A DNA stretch of 59,519 bases from Verrucomicrobiota bacterium (GCA_025362555.1 JANYFP010000072.1:1-59519); one strand, 5' to 3'; numbered from the stretch's first letter, positions 45,977 to 55,317 are shown. Notes: generated from the sequence alone by a model not told the origin. Program-made: numbers and translations.

Positions 45977-47395
45977 GTGAAATTGTCCTCCACTCCACGG
46001 CCTCTCACTGTCGGCTCTCCTGTGGCTCGACGGGCAACGCTGCGTCGCAGTATGCATGGGAGCACGTTTGAGGGCATCTTTGCCATGCCGCTGGTCTATC
46101 TGAATCTACCGGCGAATCTCGTGGTGGTGGCGTTATTGAGCGAGGGGCTGCGACTGCCACCGGATGTTTATGGGCTGCTCGTTTCGCTGCCGTTTTGGTG
46201 CAATCTTCTGCAACTCTTCATCGCTCCGGCGATGTTCGGGCGATTTCGTGCGCGCGACATTTTTCTCACAGCGCTTTGGTTGAATATTGTCGTCTGGACC
46301 GCGTTTGCCGGGGTGCTCGGTTTGATGCCGAACTCGGTGCGCACGCACGCCACCATCGCAGCGGGTGGATTCATTTTTTTTGCCGGTCTGACCACGGCGA
46401 TCATGTCGGTGGCGTGGACCACTTACACGCAATCGTGGGTGCCGGATCGGATTCGCGCGGTGTATTTTTCCCAACGTAATCGGTGGTGTCAGTTTTCGAA
46501 TTTGGCGTTTCTATTGCTGGCCGGCTTTGCCTTAGCTCGGCCTTCGTTGGAGATGTTTGGCGCGGTGATCGCGGTCAGTTGCGTTTTGCGAATTATCTCG
46601 GCGGTTTATGCGCAGTTGACGCCGGCGGAGGGCGACCCTGTGCCCACCATTGGAGCAAGTTGGTCGGAGCAATGGGCGCGGTTGCGCGGGCAGACCATGT
46701 TTTGGCGCATGGTTTTTTTCGGCATGGCGTGGGGCGCGGTGTTGAATGGCTTCGGCGCGTTTCAACCGGTGTTCATGCTGAGTTCGCTGACGGAATCGGC
46801 TCAGCAGGCGAGTCTGCCGCTCGCGCTGGCGTTGCTGTTCGGCGCGCTTGCCTTGCCGGCGTGGGGTCGGTTGATCGAGCGATTCGGGGCGCGGCCAGTG
46901 TTGCTGGTCGCGGTGCCATTGTGGGCGTTGGCGAGTCTGCCGTGGATTTTTATCACCCGAGAAACGCAATGGTTGCTCTATCTCGTGTGGGCGCTCACGG
47001 GCGCAATCAACGCTGGCATCGTGCTCGCCCAATTAAATTTGCTGATGAAATTGATGCCGGCGGGAGCGAAGGGATTTGCCGTGGGTTGCAACATCGCGGC
47101 GGCCGCGCTCGGCACGGCGCTCGCGCCGATCGCCGGTGGCCAGTTGCTCTCGTGGGCTCTCGGCGGAGGCTGGGCGGTTGATACGGTGTATCATGTATTT
47201 TTCGCGTGTATGCCGGTGTGCGCCGGACTTTCGCTCCTGCTGTTGCGCCGGGTCCGGGAGCCTCGGTCCGCGCCCGTGGAGCACGTCGTCGGTGCGTTGC
47301 GGAATGTCCGGATGCTCGCGGGTACGCTCGGACTCGGCTTTCTTGCCCAGGCGCTTTTTACGCCGCGCGGCAAGGGGCAGAAGAGCGAGTACTGA
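45977..47395 (+). CDS. MFS transporter
   Basis: About 12 hydrophobic segments and motif A WGRLIERFGARPVL. Confidence 0.85.
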   Translation: MKLSSTPRPLTVGSPVARRATLRRSMHGSTFEGIFAMPLVYLNLPANLVVVALLSEGLRLPPDVYGLLVSLPFWCNLLQLFIAPAMFGRFRARDIFLTALWLNIVVWTAFAGVLGLMPNSVRTHATIAAGGFIFFAGLTTAIMSVAWTTYTQSWVPDRIRAVYFSQRNRWCQFSNLAFLLLAGFALARPSLEMFGAVIAVSCVLRIISAVYAQLTPAEGDPVPTIGASWSEQWARLRGQTMFWRMVFFGMAWGAVLNGFGAFQPVFMLSSLTESAQQASLPLALALLFGALALPAWGRLIERFGARPVLLVAVPLWALASLPWIFITRETQWLLYLVWALTGAINAGIVLAQLNLLMKLMPAGAKGFAVGCNIAAAALGTALAPIAGGQLLSWALGGGWAVDTVYHVFFACMPVCAGLSLLLLRRVREPRSAPVEHVVGALRNVRMLAGTLGLGFLAQALFTPRGKGQKSEY

Positions 47396-47404
47396 TACCA
47401 CGGG

Positions 47405-47480
47405 CTATTGAACGTTAGACTTTAGGTAGGGGCCGTTGTCCTACCAACGGCCCTCGGGGTGCTTGCCCTCAATCGCCTTG
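47405..47480. repeat. REP-like element, family E
   Basis: GTAG-GGGCCGTTG-TCCTAC-CAACGGCCC with flanks homologous to 12396-12462. Confidence 0.65.
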
Positions 47481-47509
47481 CAGCGGTCCCGACCTGCATC
47501 GCGCCCGAC

Positions 47510-48394
47510 TCAGCTCGCGGCACCGCGGGCGACGGGGCGGGAACGATCGGCGACCCACTCGCTCCAGGAGCCGGCGTAGAGCTTCGAGCCCGCCAAGCCG
47601 GCGTATTCCATGGCAAAAATATTTGCGCAGGCGGTGATGCCTGAACCGCATTGGTGCACCACGTTTTTCGGCGCCCTATTTTTGATCAGTGCGGAGAATT
47701 CTGTTTTCAATTCAGCGGCGGGGCGAAACGTGAGATCCGGTTGCAGATTGTTTTTATAAAAACGATTGAGCGCGCCCGGAATATGGCCTGCGACCGGATC
47801 CATGGGCTCAACGTCGCCGCGAAAACGCTCGGCGGCGCGCGCATCGATAATCGCAATGGTGGGGTCGGGCAAATGGCTGAGGACTTGTTTGGTGCTCCAC
47901 ACCATGCCCGACTCGGCGTGAGGTCGGACGATCGCGGGCTCAGGCGCGCGCACTTCAGTCGTGATTGCGCCGCCGTCGGCCACCCAGCGAGGAAGACCGC
48001 CATCGAGCAACATGACTGATTCGAGGCCGATCCATCGCGCCAGCCACCACAGGCGCGCGGCATAGAGTCCCCCGCAATCGTCATAGGCGACGATGGTCGA
48101 TAACGCGGAAACCCCGTGCGCCGCGAGGAATACGGCGAACGTATTCGGCGTGGGCAGCGGGTGACGGCCGTTGGTCCCGTCTTTTGTTCCCGAAAGCGCG
48201 GTTTCGACGGGCGCGAAATGGGCGCCGGGGATGTGGCCTTCCTGGTATTGCCGCGCGCCCTTCGCGTGATCGAGCAGGTCGTGTCGGCAATCAAAAATCA
48301 CCCACGTGGGATCCTGTAAATGTTCCTTGAGTTGAGTGGAATTGACGAGCATCGCAGCGGAAATTTGCGGTTCGCGGTCGAGTGCGTCGCTCAC
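47510..48394 (-). CDS. sseA: Two-domain rhodanese, 3-mercaptopyruvate sulfurtransferase-like
   Basis: GHIPGA twice, GRHPLP, LDGG, active site CGSGITAC, YAGSWSEW. Confidence 0.9.
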   Translation of the reverse strand: MSDALDREPQISAAMLVNSTQLKEHLQDPTWVIFDCRHDLLDHAKGARQYQEGHIPGAHFAPVETALSGTKDGTNGRHPLPTPNTFAVFLAAHGVSALSTIVAYDDCGGLYAARLWWLARWIGLESVMLLDGGLPRWVADGGAITTEVRAPEPAIVRPHAESGMVWSTKQVLSHLPDPTIAIIDARAAERFRGDVEPMDPVAGHIPGALNRFYKNNLQPDLTFRPAAELKTEFSALIKNRAPKNVVHQCGSGITACANIFAMEYAGLAGSKLYAGSWSEWVADRSRPVARGAAS

Positions 48395-48642
48395 GCCAGC
48401 TTCACGATGATCGTGTGGCCGTCGACTTTCACGACGTCACCAGCCACGAGCTTTTTACCCTTCTGGGTTTCGACGTTGCCATTGAGCAGGACGCGGCCTT
48501 CGCCGACCAATTGCTTGGCTTCGCCACCGGTGTCACTCAGACCGCCGAACTTAATGAATTGGCAGAGTTCGATGGGGACTTCGCGGACTACGACATTTCG
48601 CGGTGAGGAGGAGTTGGTGGCTTGGGTGGGAGGCTTCTTCAT
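48391..48642 (-). CDS. ybcJ: S4-domain ribosome-associated RNA-binding protein (YbcJ/YaaA-like)
   Basis: IELCQFIK..GGEAK..V.LNG.VET.KGKKL.GDVV. Confidence 0.85.
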   Translation of the reverse strand: MKKPPTQATNSSSPRNVVVREVPIELCQFIKFGGLSDTGGEAKQLVGEGRVLLNGNVETQKGKKLVAGDVVKVDGHTIIVKLA

Positions 48643-48851
48643 GACGGTTATTTTGATTGAGTTTAAACCACAAAGTTCCCGGCGGACAAAGCACAATCCC
48701 CGTGGATTTGTTGTCTGCTTGATGAGTCTGCCCGCGAATGGTGCAAATTTACGCGAATTTCAGGGAGCCTCAGGTGGATTTGTGAGGGTCTTTTCTTTGC
48801 CTGATGCGCGTGATTCGCGGGGGCAACTGCATCCTCCTGAGTCAATGCGCG

Positions 48852-49706
48852 CTATCGTTTCTGCTCTGGCTTTATCAGGCGGATGCCATCCGGATCGATG
48901 AAGATGCGTTGTTCGCGAAACAGGACTCCGATTGCCTGCTTAAAGGCCTTTTTGCTTACGCCAAAATAGTTCCGGATGTTTTCCGGCGGGCTGTTGTCGT
49001 GGAACGGGAGACGACCGCCTTTGGCGTTAAGGGCCTCGACAATTTGTTCGGTGAGCGGCGCGATGCGCCGATAGCCAGCTTTGCCGGCCGCCAGATCGAG
49101 TTTGCCGTCGGGACGGATTGAGCGGACGTAGCCTTCGACGAGCTGGCCGATTGCAAGGGGCCCCGGAACGTCGTTGTGATAAAGCAGGCCGCGATGGGCG
49201 TCGTTCACAATCATGTTATAGCCCAGCGGACTCTCGCTCATCACCATTAACTTGACCGCATCGCCGGCGTGATAGGTGTCGAGCGGCGTGAGTTCCAGGC
49301 GCCGGCTGACCCGCGCGCTGGCGATGAGCCGGTCAGTGCGTTCGTCGAGGGCGACTTGGATTAATGCCATGTCGCCCAGATTCAAAGGGCCGGCCATTTC
49401 GCGGATCGGAAGAAGCAGATCTTTGTCCAAGCCCCAGTTCAGAAAGACCCCGATGCGCGGACTGATACTTACCACTTGGAGCAGTACGATTTGGCCCAAC
49501 ATCGCCAAAGGGGTTTGCGTCGTCGCGACCAGTCGGTCTTCGGAATCACGGTAAACAAACACGTCAATTTTACCGCCGGGCGTGGCCCCGGGTGGGATAA
49601 AGCGGCCGGGCAGCAAAATTTCACCGTGGGTGCCACCGTCCAGATAGAATCCGGGAGGAGCGCCGCGGACGATCGTGAGGAGGTTACGTTTGCCGAGAAG
49701 TGCCAT
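48852..49706 (-). CDS. cvfB: CvfB/YitL multi-S1 RNA-binding protein
   Basis: VFVYRDSEDRLVATT, FLNWGLDKDLLLP, IRPDGKLDL, FGVSKKAFKQAIG. Confidence 0.9.
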   Translation of the reverse strand: MALLGKRNLLTIVRGAPPGFYLDGGTHGEILLPGRFIPPGATPGGKIDVFVYRDSEDRLVATTQTPLAMLGQIVLLQVVSISPRIGVFLNWGLDKDLLLPIREMAGPLNLGDMALIQVALDERTDRLIASARVSRRLELTPLDTYHAGDAVKLMVMSESPLGYNMIVNDAHRGLLYHNDVPGPLAIGQLVEGYVRSIRPDGKLDLAAGKAGYRRIAPLTEQIVEALNAKGGRLPFHDNSPPENIRNYFGVSKKAFKQAIGVLFREQRIFIDPDGIRLIKPEQKR

Positions 49707-49814
49707 GCGAGAGGCAACGTGCACGGAACTGCGGGGATTGGGGAGTTAATTATTTTATGGTCGGAGGAGGTGACGCCAATGGGGTTCACCACTAAGAGAA
49801 ACTTTAGGATACCC

Positions 49815-49928
49815 CTTCGACTTATCGTCTTCGGCGTGGATTCCTGGGAGTCGGCTGATCCCAGACTGGTTGTGCCGCCAGCGATCAGCGGGCCCCAGGA
49901 ATCAATTCGAGTAGACGATCAGTCGAAG
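49815..49928. ncRNA. Candidate structured ncRNA: 114-nt rod-like imperfect hairpin
   Basis: Stacked helices CTTCGACT/AGTCGAAG, ATCGTCT/AGACGAT, GATTCCTGGG/CCCAGGAATC, GCTGATC/GATCAGC and CTGG/CCAG in an intergenic region. Confidence 0.45.
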
Positions 49929-50131
49929 CTGCACGTTTAAGGATTCATCACTTGATGAATCTTATTAGCGGTAAACCCCTCTTGGCTTTGGATCTGATTG
50001 CGCGTTCATCAATAGACGTACCGAGGAATGAGATATACTACGCCCTGCGTCCGGGTGGCTGTGAGAAACATTCTGTTTCAGTTTGTATTCCGCGGTTTGA
50101 CCTCAGGGGGATTGGCGCCTTGTTTCGATGC

Positions 50132-50947
50132 TTGTCCTCCGAACTCACTCTGCGCCCGATCGGCTTCATCCGCACCCACAAGCAGGTGAAGTTTCAGGCG
50201 CGTCATCAACCGTTGGAAATCGAACCTGAGCAAAACGTGCTCGAGCTGTTGCCGGGCAGTAATTACGAGCAGGCGCTGCACGATCTCACCGGTTTTTCCC
50301 GGGTGTGGCTCGTGTGGTGGTTTCATCGTAACACCGGCTGGCGGCCGCACGTGATGCCGCCGCGCGGCCCGGCGAAACGCCGCGGGGTTTTTGCGACGCG
50401 CTCGCCGCACCGGCCGAATCCTCTCGGCCTGACTCCGGTGCAGCTGATTAAAATTGAGGGCCGGCGGATGATTTTAGGCGCGTGCGATCTGGTGGATGGG
50501 ACTCCGGTGTTCGATATCAAGCCGTACATTCCCGCCTATGATGCGTTTCCCGACGCGAGCGCGGGTTGGATTGATGAGGTCGACGCGGCGCTGGCGGTGC
50601 CGCCGCAATTCACGGTGGAATTTTCGCCGCTCGCCGTCGCCCAGGCCGAGTGGCTTCTCGCCGATTGGCAAATTGATTTTCGTCCGCGGTTGATTGAGAT
50701 TCTCGCGCGCGATCCGAGTCCGCATCGGACGCGTCGGATCACAAGTCGGCGGGGCAAGGCGGAATTTATTATTGGCTGTGGCGCGTGGCGTGCGGTGTTT
50801 ACGGTTGGACCGCAAGTGGTGAGTGTGCAGGCGATGGAGCCGGGTTATCCGTCGCGTTTTCTCAATGATCCCAAGCGCGCCGACGGTTTGCCGGATCGTG
50901 CCGCGCAATGGGCCTTTTTAGCGCGGTGGCCGGAGCGAGAGGCTTAG
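50132..50947 (+). CDS. trmO: tRNA (m6t6A37) methyltransferase TrmO/TsaA
   Basis: PIGFIRT, GFSRVWLVWWFH, GVFATRSPHRPNPLGLT, DLVDGTPVFDIKPY. Start estimated at TTG 50132. Confidence 0.92.
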   Translation: MSSELTLRPIGFIRTHKQVKFQARHQPLEIEPEQNVLELLPGSNYEQALHDLTGFSRVWLVWWFHRNTGWRPHVMPPRGPAKRRGVFATRSPHRPNPLGLTPVQLIKIEGRRMILGACDLVDGTPVFDIKPYIPAYDAFPDASAGWIDEVDAALAVPPQFTVEFSPLAVAQAEWLLADWQIDFRPRLIEILARDPSPHRTRRITSRRGKAEFIIGCGAWRAVFTVGPQVVSVQAMEPGYPSRFLNDPKRADGLPDRAAQWAFLARWPEREA

Positions 50948-51169
50948 CCGCCGAAGCCGATGCCGAGGTCCCGCGCGGTGCGGATGATGTCTCCATTGAG
51001 CGGCACAGTGCGCCGTTGGCCGATGGCTTCCGTGATGAGAGTTGCGGAAGGTATCGGGCGAGCGATGCGCGACCCTGTAGCCGTATTTCTCTTCGGTGAT
51101 CAATCGGACGGCACTCGCGCCAAATCGCGTGCAGAGCAGGTGATCGAAAGTCGTGGGTGCACTGCGCTG
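50944..51169 (-). pseudogene. pfkA: Frameshifted 3' remnant of a 6-phosphofructokinase gene
   Basis: One frame reads QRSAPTTFDHLLCTRFGASAVRLITEEKYGYRVAHRSPDT; after a shift near 51045 another reads ITEAIGQRRTVPLNGDIIRTARDLGIGFGG*. Both match the PfkA C-terminus pattern QRGGxPxxxDRxL..RFG..A ... A..LG.xFG. No N-terminal part present. Confidence 0.8.
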
Positions 51170-51342
51170 GAATTTTTGTCTGAATGGTGGAGCTTGTTTA
51201 CAAGCGATTCGGTGGAATTTCGTCTGGCAGGCGTTCTGGATCATTTGCAAGCAAGCTCTTTCATCCGGGCCGGAGCGCGGAAAATGCGACCGTAGCAATT
51301 TACCGATTCTCTTCGTCGCTCGTTTGTGTTCGTTCCTTTCTG

Positions 51343-52110
51343 ATGAGAGAAATGTGCTACCGCTGCTTCTGGCCCAAACCCCTTTGTTGGTGTCCGTCGT
51401 TGCTGCCCATGCCGACGCAGACGCGGTTTATTTTTCTGCTTCACCCGAAGGAATTTAAGGAGGAGAAAGCTGGGACGGGTCGGCTGACGCAGTTGTGTCT
51501 GCCAAATAGCGAACTGCACATGGGGACGGCGTTTGATGAACACGCGCCCGTGCAAGCGTTGCTGAAGGACCCACAGAATTTTTGTGTGCTCGTTTATCCG
51601 GGAGAGCAGGCGCTGAATCTTTCGGAGGACGGGAGGGCCGCCAGTCTCCAGACGCAGCTCCAACAGAAACGCCTGGTGGTTATTTTGCTTGATGCGACGT
51701 GGAGTGGCGCGCGGAAAATGTTGCGGTTGAGTCCGAGTTTGCAGCGGCTGCCGCGTATCATGTTCACGCCATCGGCGCCGAGCCGGTACGTGATCAAGCA
51801 GCAGCCGCAGGAAGGATGTTTGTCGACGCTGGAGGCCGTGCACGAATTGCTTCTGGTGTTGGAGCGAACGGGGCTCGATCACTATCCGCGACCCGAGCTG
51901 TTGCTTGAAATTTTCCAGCGCATGCAGGATTTCCAACTGAAGTGCGCGGCTGATCCGAATCGCCCGGGATATCGCCGGCGGGCTTACAGTGATCCCGCAG
52001 ATCGCGGTCGGCCGACGGGTGAGCGCGGATCGCGACGCGATAATTTCATGCGCAAGCCAAGCACAATCGGGCCGACGGATAATCCACCCTCCGTTGCAGG
52101 AGAGGAGTAA
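51343..52110 (+). CDS. tapT: DTW-domain tRNA-uridine aminocarboxypropyltransferase
   Basis: CYRC..CWC, LLHPKE, TGRL, LDATW, CLSTLEA. Confidence 0.88.
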   Translation: MREMCYRCFWPKPLCWCPSLLPMPTQTRFIFLLHPKEFKEEKAGTGRLTQLCLPNSELHMGTAFDEHAPVQALLKDPQNFCVLVYPGEQALNLSEDGRAASLQTQLQQKRLVVILLDATWSGARKMLRLSPSLQRLPRIMFTPSAPSRYVIKQQPQEGCLSTLEAVHELLLVLERTGLDHYPRPELLLEIFQRMQDFQLKCAADPNRPGYRRRAYSDPADRGRPTGERGSRRDNFMRKPSTIGPTDNPPSVAGEE

Positions 52111-52234
52111 GCTCCTGCTCCGTGCGGGCAGGATGACGGAGCTGGAAAGCTGGCGTCGGGTGGTTTAAAGACCTCGGGGCTTGCCCCGCTCCGGGAATTT
52201 CTTTCACGTTCATTTCGTTCCATCGGTCACGTCT

Positions 52235-52735
52235 ATGAAAATCCATCCTTTCGCAGTTCTCTTGTATTGCTTGCTTCCCGTTTTGCTCTCCGCCGCGGCC
52301 CCCACTCAGATTACTATTCCGGCTGAAGCCAAATCACCCATCGGCGCGGGAGTCGCTTTGCCCGCCAATCGCGCGCTTTTCTGGACCAGCGGCACTGTGC
52401 CAGCTCCACTTAACAAGGAGGGCAAAACAGTTCATGAACGGTTCGGCGATACTTACACGCAGGGTGTCAGTGCGTTGAAAAATATCAGCCAGGTACTCGC
52501 GGAGCAGGGCCTCACGATGAAGGATGTGGTCTACCTCCGGGTCTACGTGGCGGCCGACGCGGAGAAGGACGGCAAGCCCGACTTCGCCGGCTGGTTTAAG
52601 GCTTACGGGGAAGTGTTTAACAATGCCAAGAATCCGACCAAGACCGCCCGCTCCACCGTGGGCGTCGCGGCGCTGGTGAGCCCCGACTGGCTGATTGAAA
52701 TCGAAGCGTTTGCAGCTTATCCGGCGGATCGATAA
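52235..52735 (+). CDS. Exported RidA/YjgF/UK114-family protein
   Basis: Signal peptide, WTSG, DVVYLRVY, TARSTVGVAALVSPDWLIEIEAFA. Confidence 0.88.
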   Translation: MKIHPFAVLLYCLLPVLLSAAAPTQITIPAEAKSPIGAGVALPANRALFWTSGTVPAPLNKEGKTVHERFGDTYTQGVSALKNISQVLAEQGLTMKDVVYLRVYVAADAEKDGKPDFAGWFKAYGEVFNNAKNPTKTARSTVGVAALVSPDWLIEIEAFAAYPADR

Positions 52736-52839
52736 GGTAGATCGCAGGTTGTGACGTTTTTCGGGTTAGCCCCACGGCGCTCACCCCATTTGACGGCACT
52801 AAAAACGTGGCGTAGGGTCTATATACCTTACTCTCATTT

Positions 52840-53448
52840 ATGAAAACGCATTCAATTTTTTCGACCCTTGTTTTTGTTGGCGGATTGATGGCGGGCACGA
52901 CGATTCACGCGGCGGAAAACCCGCAACCGGACCAAGCCTCGGTTGTTTCTCCCGGCACTGAGCAGAGCTCGGTGGCTGAACCGGTGGTCATCGACCACGT
53001 GGTTTACCTCGCCAAGCTGCCGTCGCCCGACGAGCTGCTCCGAGGAGCTGAACTTAAGGCCACGCCAATCATCCGGATGGATCAAACCTCTGACCGGATT
53101 GTGGTGGTTTATCAGTATGCGGGTGGCCGTACCGTTACATTTGCTTTCAGCTTGTTGTCTTCGGCCAGCGCCTCGCACGTTTCCGTGAGCCAGCCCGCGT
53201 CCAGTGCGAATTATACCGTGGTTACACCTACGCCGGCACCGCCAGTTACTTCGACCGTGGTGTATGTTCAATCGGAACCGGTTTATTATGCTCCACGGGT
53301 AAGATATTATGATTCCGCGTGGGATTTCTGGGCTCCGTTCGCGGTGGGGGTCGGCTTCGGCTGGGTCGGTGGACACAATTATGGTCACGGCGGTTATGGC
53401 TACGGCCATGGTGGCTATGGGCACGGTGGGGGACATGGGCATCGCTAA
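52840..53448 (+). CDS. Exported hypothetical protein with Gly/His/Tyr-rich tail
   Basis: Signal peptide (IHA/AE), late hydrophobic segment, tail GHGGYGYGHGGYGHGGGHGHR. Confidence 0.7.
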   Translation: MKTHSIFSTLVFVGGLMAGTTIHAAENPQPDQASVVSPGTEQSSVAEPVVIDHVVYLAKLPSPDELLRGAELKATPIIRMDQTSDRIVVVYQYAGGRTVTFAFSLLSSASASHVSVSQPASSANYTVVTPTPAPPVTSTVVYVQSEPVYYAPRVRYYDSAWDFWAPFAVGVGFGWVGGHNYGHGGYGYGHGGYGHGGGHGHR

Positions 53449-53520
53449 TCCGTTTGTGTAATCCAACTCGCCACGCCGCATCAGGCGCGCGGCTTGGGGC
53501 ACTCGGTCAGCACTCAGCGC

Positions 53521-54318
53521 ATGCAAGGTCAGCCGATCATCATCAAGGGCAGGATTAAGCTGAAGAATTTCGATCCCGGCTATTGCGCGGGAATGGAAAA
53601 GTCGGCCACGAAAGAACTCACCAGCCGGCTTGGTCACCGCATTGGCGAATTGCAGCAATTGCTTTACGCCAATTCGAATCACGCAATTCTCCTGCTGTTC
53701 CAAGGCATGGATGCCAGCGGAAAAGATGGCTCGGTGCGCACCGTCCTGCAGTACGTGAACCCAGCCGGCGTGGAAGTAGCCAATTTCAAAGTGCCGTCCG
53801 ACGAGGAACGCGCCCATGATTTTTTGTGGCGCATCCACCACGCGGTGCCGCGCTTCGGCAATATCGGGGTCTTCAATCGTTCGCAGTATGAAGCCGTGCT
53901 GGCAGAACGCGTGCTGAAGATCGTCCCGCGCAAAATCTGGCGACAGCGTTACGGCCAGATTGTGGATTTCGAACGCATGCTCGTGGCCAACCGCGTATTG
54001 CTCCTGAAATTTCATCTGCACATCAGTCGCGACGAACAGGCTGAGCGCTTTAAAGAGCGCCTCGCCAATCCGGAAAAGAATTGGAAGTTTTCCCACGCCG
54101 ATCTCACGACTCGCCAGCATTGGGATGATTATATTGAGGCCTATGAAGACATGTTGAATGCCACGAGCCACGCTGCGGCGCGCTGGCATGTCGTTCCCGC
54201 CGATCGCAATTGGTATCGCGACTATGTAGTCGCCGCGGCCGTGGTGAAAGCGCTCGAGGGCTTGCGGTTGAAATGGCCGAAGTCCTCGGAGGATCTTTCG
54301 AAGATTAAGTTCAAGTGA
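53521..54318 (+). CDS. ppk2: Polyphosphate kinase 2 (class III-like)
   Basis: FQGMDASGKDG Walker A, FKVPS, HDFLWR, FNRSQYE, KNWKF. Confidence 0.92.
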   Translation: MQGQPIIIKGRIKLKNFDPGYCAGMEKSATKELTSRLGHRIGELQQLLYANSNHAILLLFQGMDASGKDGSVRTVLQYVNPAGVEVANFKVPSDEERAHDFLWRIHHAVPRFGNIGVFNRSQYEAVLAERVLKIVPRKIWRQRYGQIVDFERMLVANRVLLLKFHLHISRDEQAERFKERLANPEKNWKFSHADLTTRQHWDDYIEAYEDMLNATSHAAARWHVVPADRNWYRDYVVAAAVVKALEGLRLKWPKSSEDLSKIKFK

Positions 54319-54456
54319 CGCCGCTGGCCGTGTTCCGTTTTACCGCGCCCGCAGCTGGTGCATGAGCTAAATCGGGTAGAGTTCACCTGATGGCGCGCTT
54401 TATTTTCACCTTCGCGTCGCGGGATCTTTGTGGTTCAAAGAACCTGATCCATTCGT

Positions 54457-55317
54457 ATGTCACTTTTCATTAATTTTTCCGCCTATAAGTTTACTCCGCT
54501 TGAAAACCTGCCCGATCTGAAAGAGCGGCTGCTTGCGGTGACCAAGTCGCGCGGATTGCGGGGCACGATTTTGCTCAGTCCTGAGGGGATTAATTTCTTT
54601 GTCGCCGGTCCCCGCAAGGAAATGGATGAACTTCTCGTTGAGCTGCACTCGGTGCCGGGTTTGGAAAGTCTGCAGCCCAAGGAAAGCGTTAGCGAAGAGC
54701 AGCCGTTCAATCGGATGTTGGTGAAGATCAAAAAGGAAATCATCGCTTTTGGCGTCGAGGGGATCGATCCGGCCCGGCGGCCATCGGCCAAACTGTCGGC
54801 GCGCGTGCTCAAACAATGGCTCGATGAAGGTCGTCCGCTGACGATGCTCGATACGCGCAACGATTATGAAGTGCACATGGGCACCTTCCACGGTGCGGTC
54901 CCGGCAGGCATTGATAATTTCCGCGATTTCCCCGCCGCCGTCGCCAAACTCCCTTCAGAAATGAAGGAGCAGCCGCTCGTGATGTTTTGCACTGGTGGGA
55001 TTCGCTGCGAGAAGGCCGGACCTTTCATGGAGCAGGCCGGGTTTAAGCATGTTTTTCAGCTCGATGGCGGCATCCTCAAGTATTTTGAGGAATGCGGTGG
55101 CGCGCATTACGATGGCGAGTGTTTTGTTTTTGATCGCCGGGTCGGGGTCGACCCGCAGCTGCAGGAAACCAATTCGGTGATGTGCTTCAATTGTCAGATG
55201 CCTTTGCTCGAAGCGGAGCAGCGTCATCCGCATTACGTGCCGGATAAATCCTGTCCGCATTGTTTCGACGGCAAGAGCCAGCAGCCCGCCAGCCGTCAAT
55301 ACGTGGGCGAAGGTTAG
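54457..55317 (+). CDS. trhO: Rhodanese-domain tRNA uridine(34) hydroxylase TrhO/YceA
   Basis: [52 protein letters not shown]. Confidence 0.9.
   Translation: MSLFINFSAYKFTPLENLPDLKERLLAVTKSRGLRGTILLSPEGINFFVAGPRKEMDELLVELHSVPGLESLQPKESVSEEQPFNRMLVKIKKEIIAFGVEGIDPARRPSAKLSARVLKQWLDEGRPLTMLDTRNDYEVHMGTFHGAVPAGIDNFRDFPAAVAKLPSEMKEQPLVMFCTGGIRCEKAGPFMEQAGFKHVFQLDGGILKYFEECGGAHYDGECFVFDRRVGVDPQLQETNSVMCFNCQMPLLEAEQRHPHYVPDKSCPHCFDGKSQQPASRQYVGEG

Noticed and set aside
49815-49928. Assignment of the hairpin as SRP RNA, 6S RNA or a retron msd
   Set aside because: No SRP GNRA/GGAA domain IV motif, shorter than typical 6S with no large central bubble, and no reverse transcriptase nearby. Left as an unassigned candidate.
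49952-50131. N-terminal extension of TrmO in the ORF track
   Set aside because: TrmO homology begins at LTLRPIG; the upstream part is AT-richer intergenic-like sequence overlapping a palindrome.
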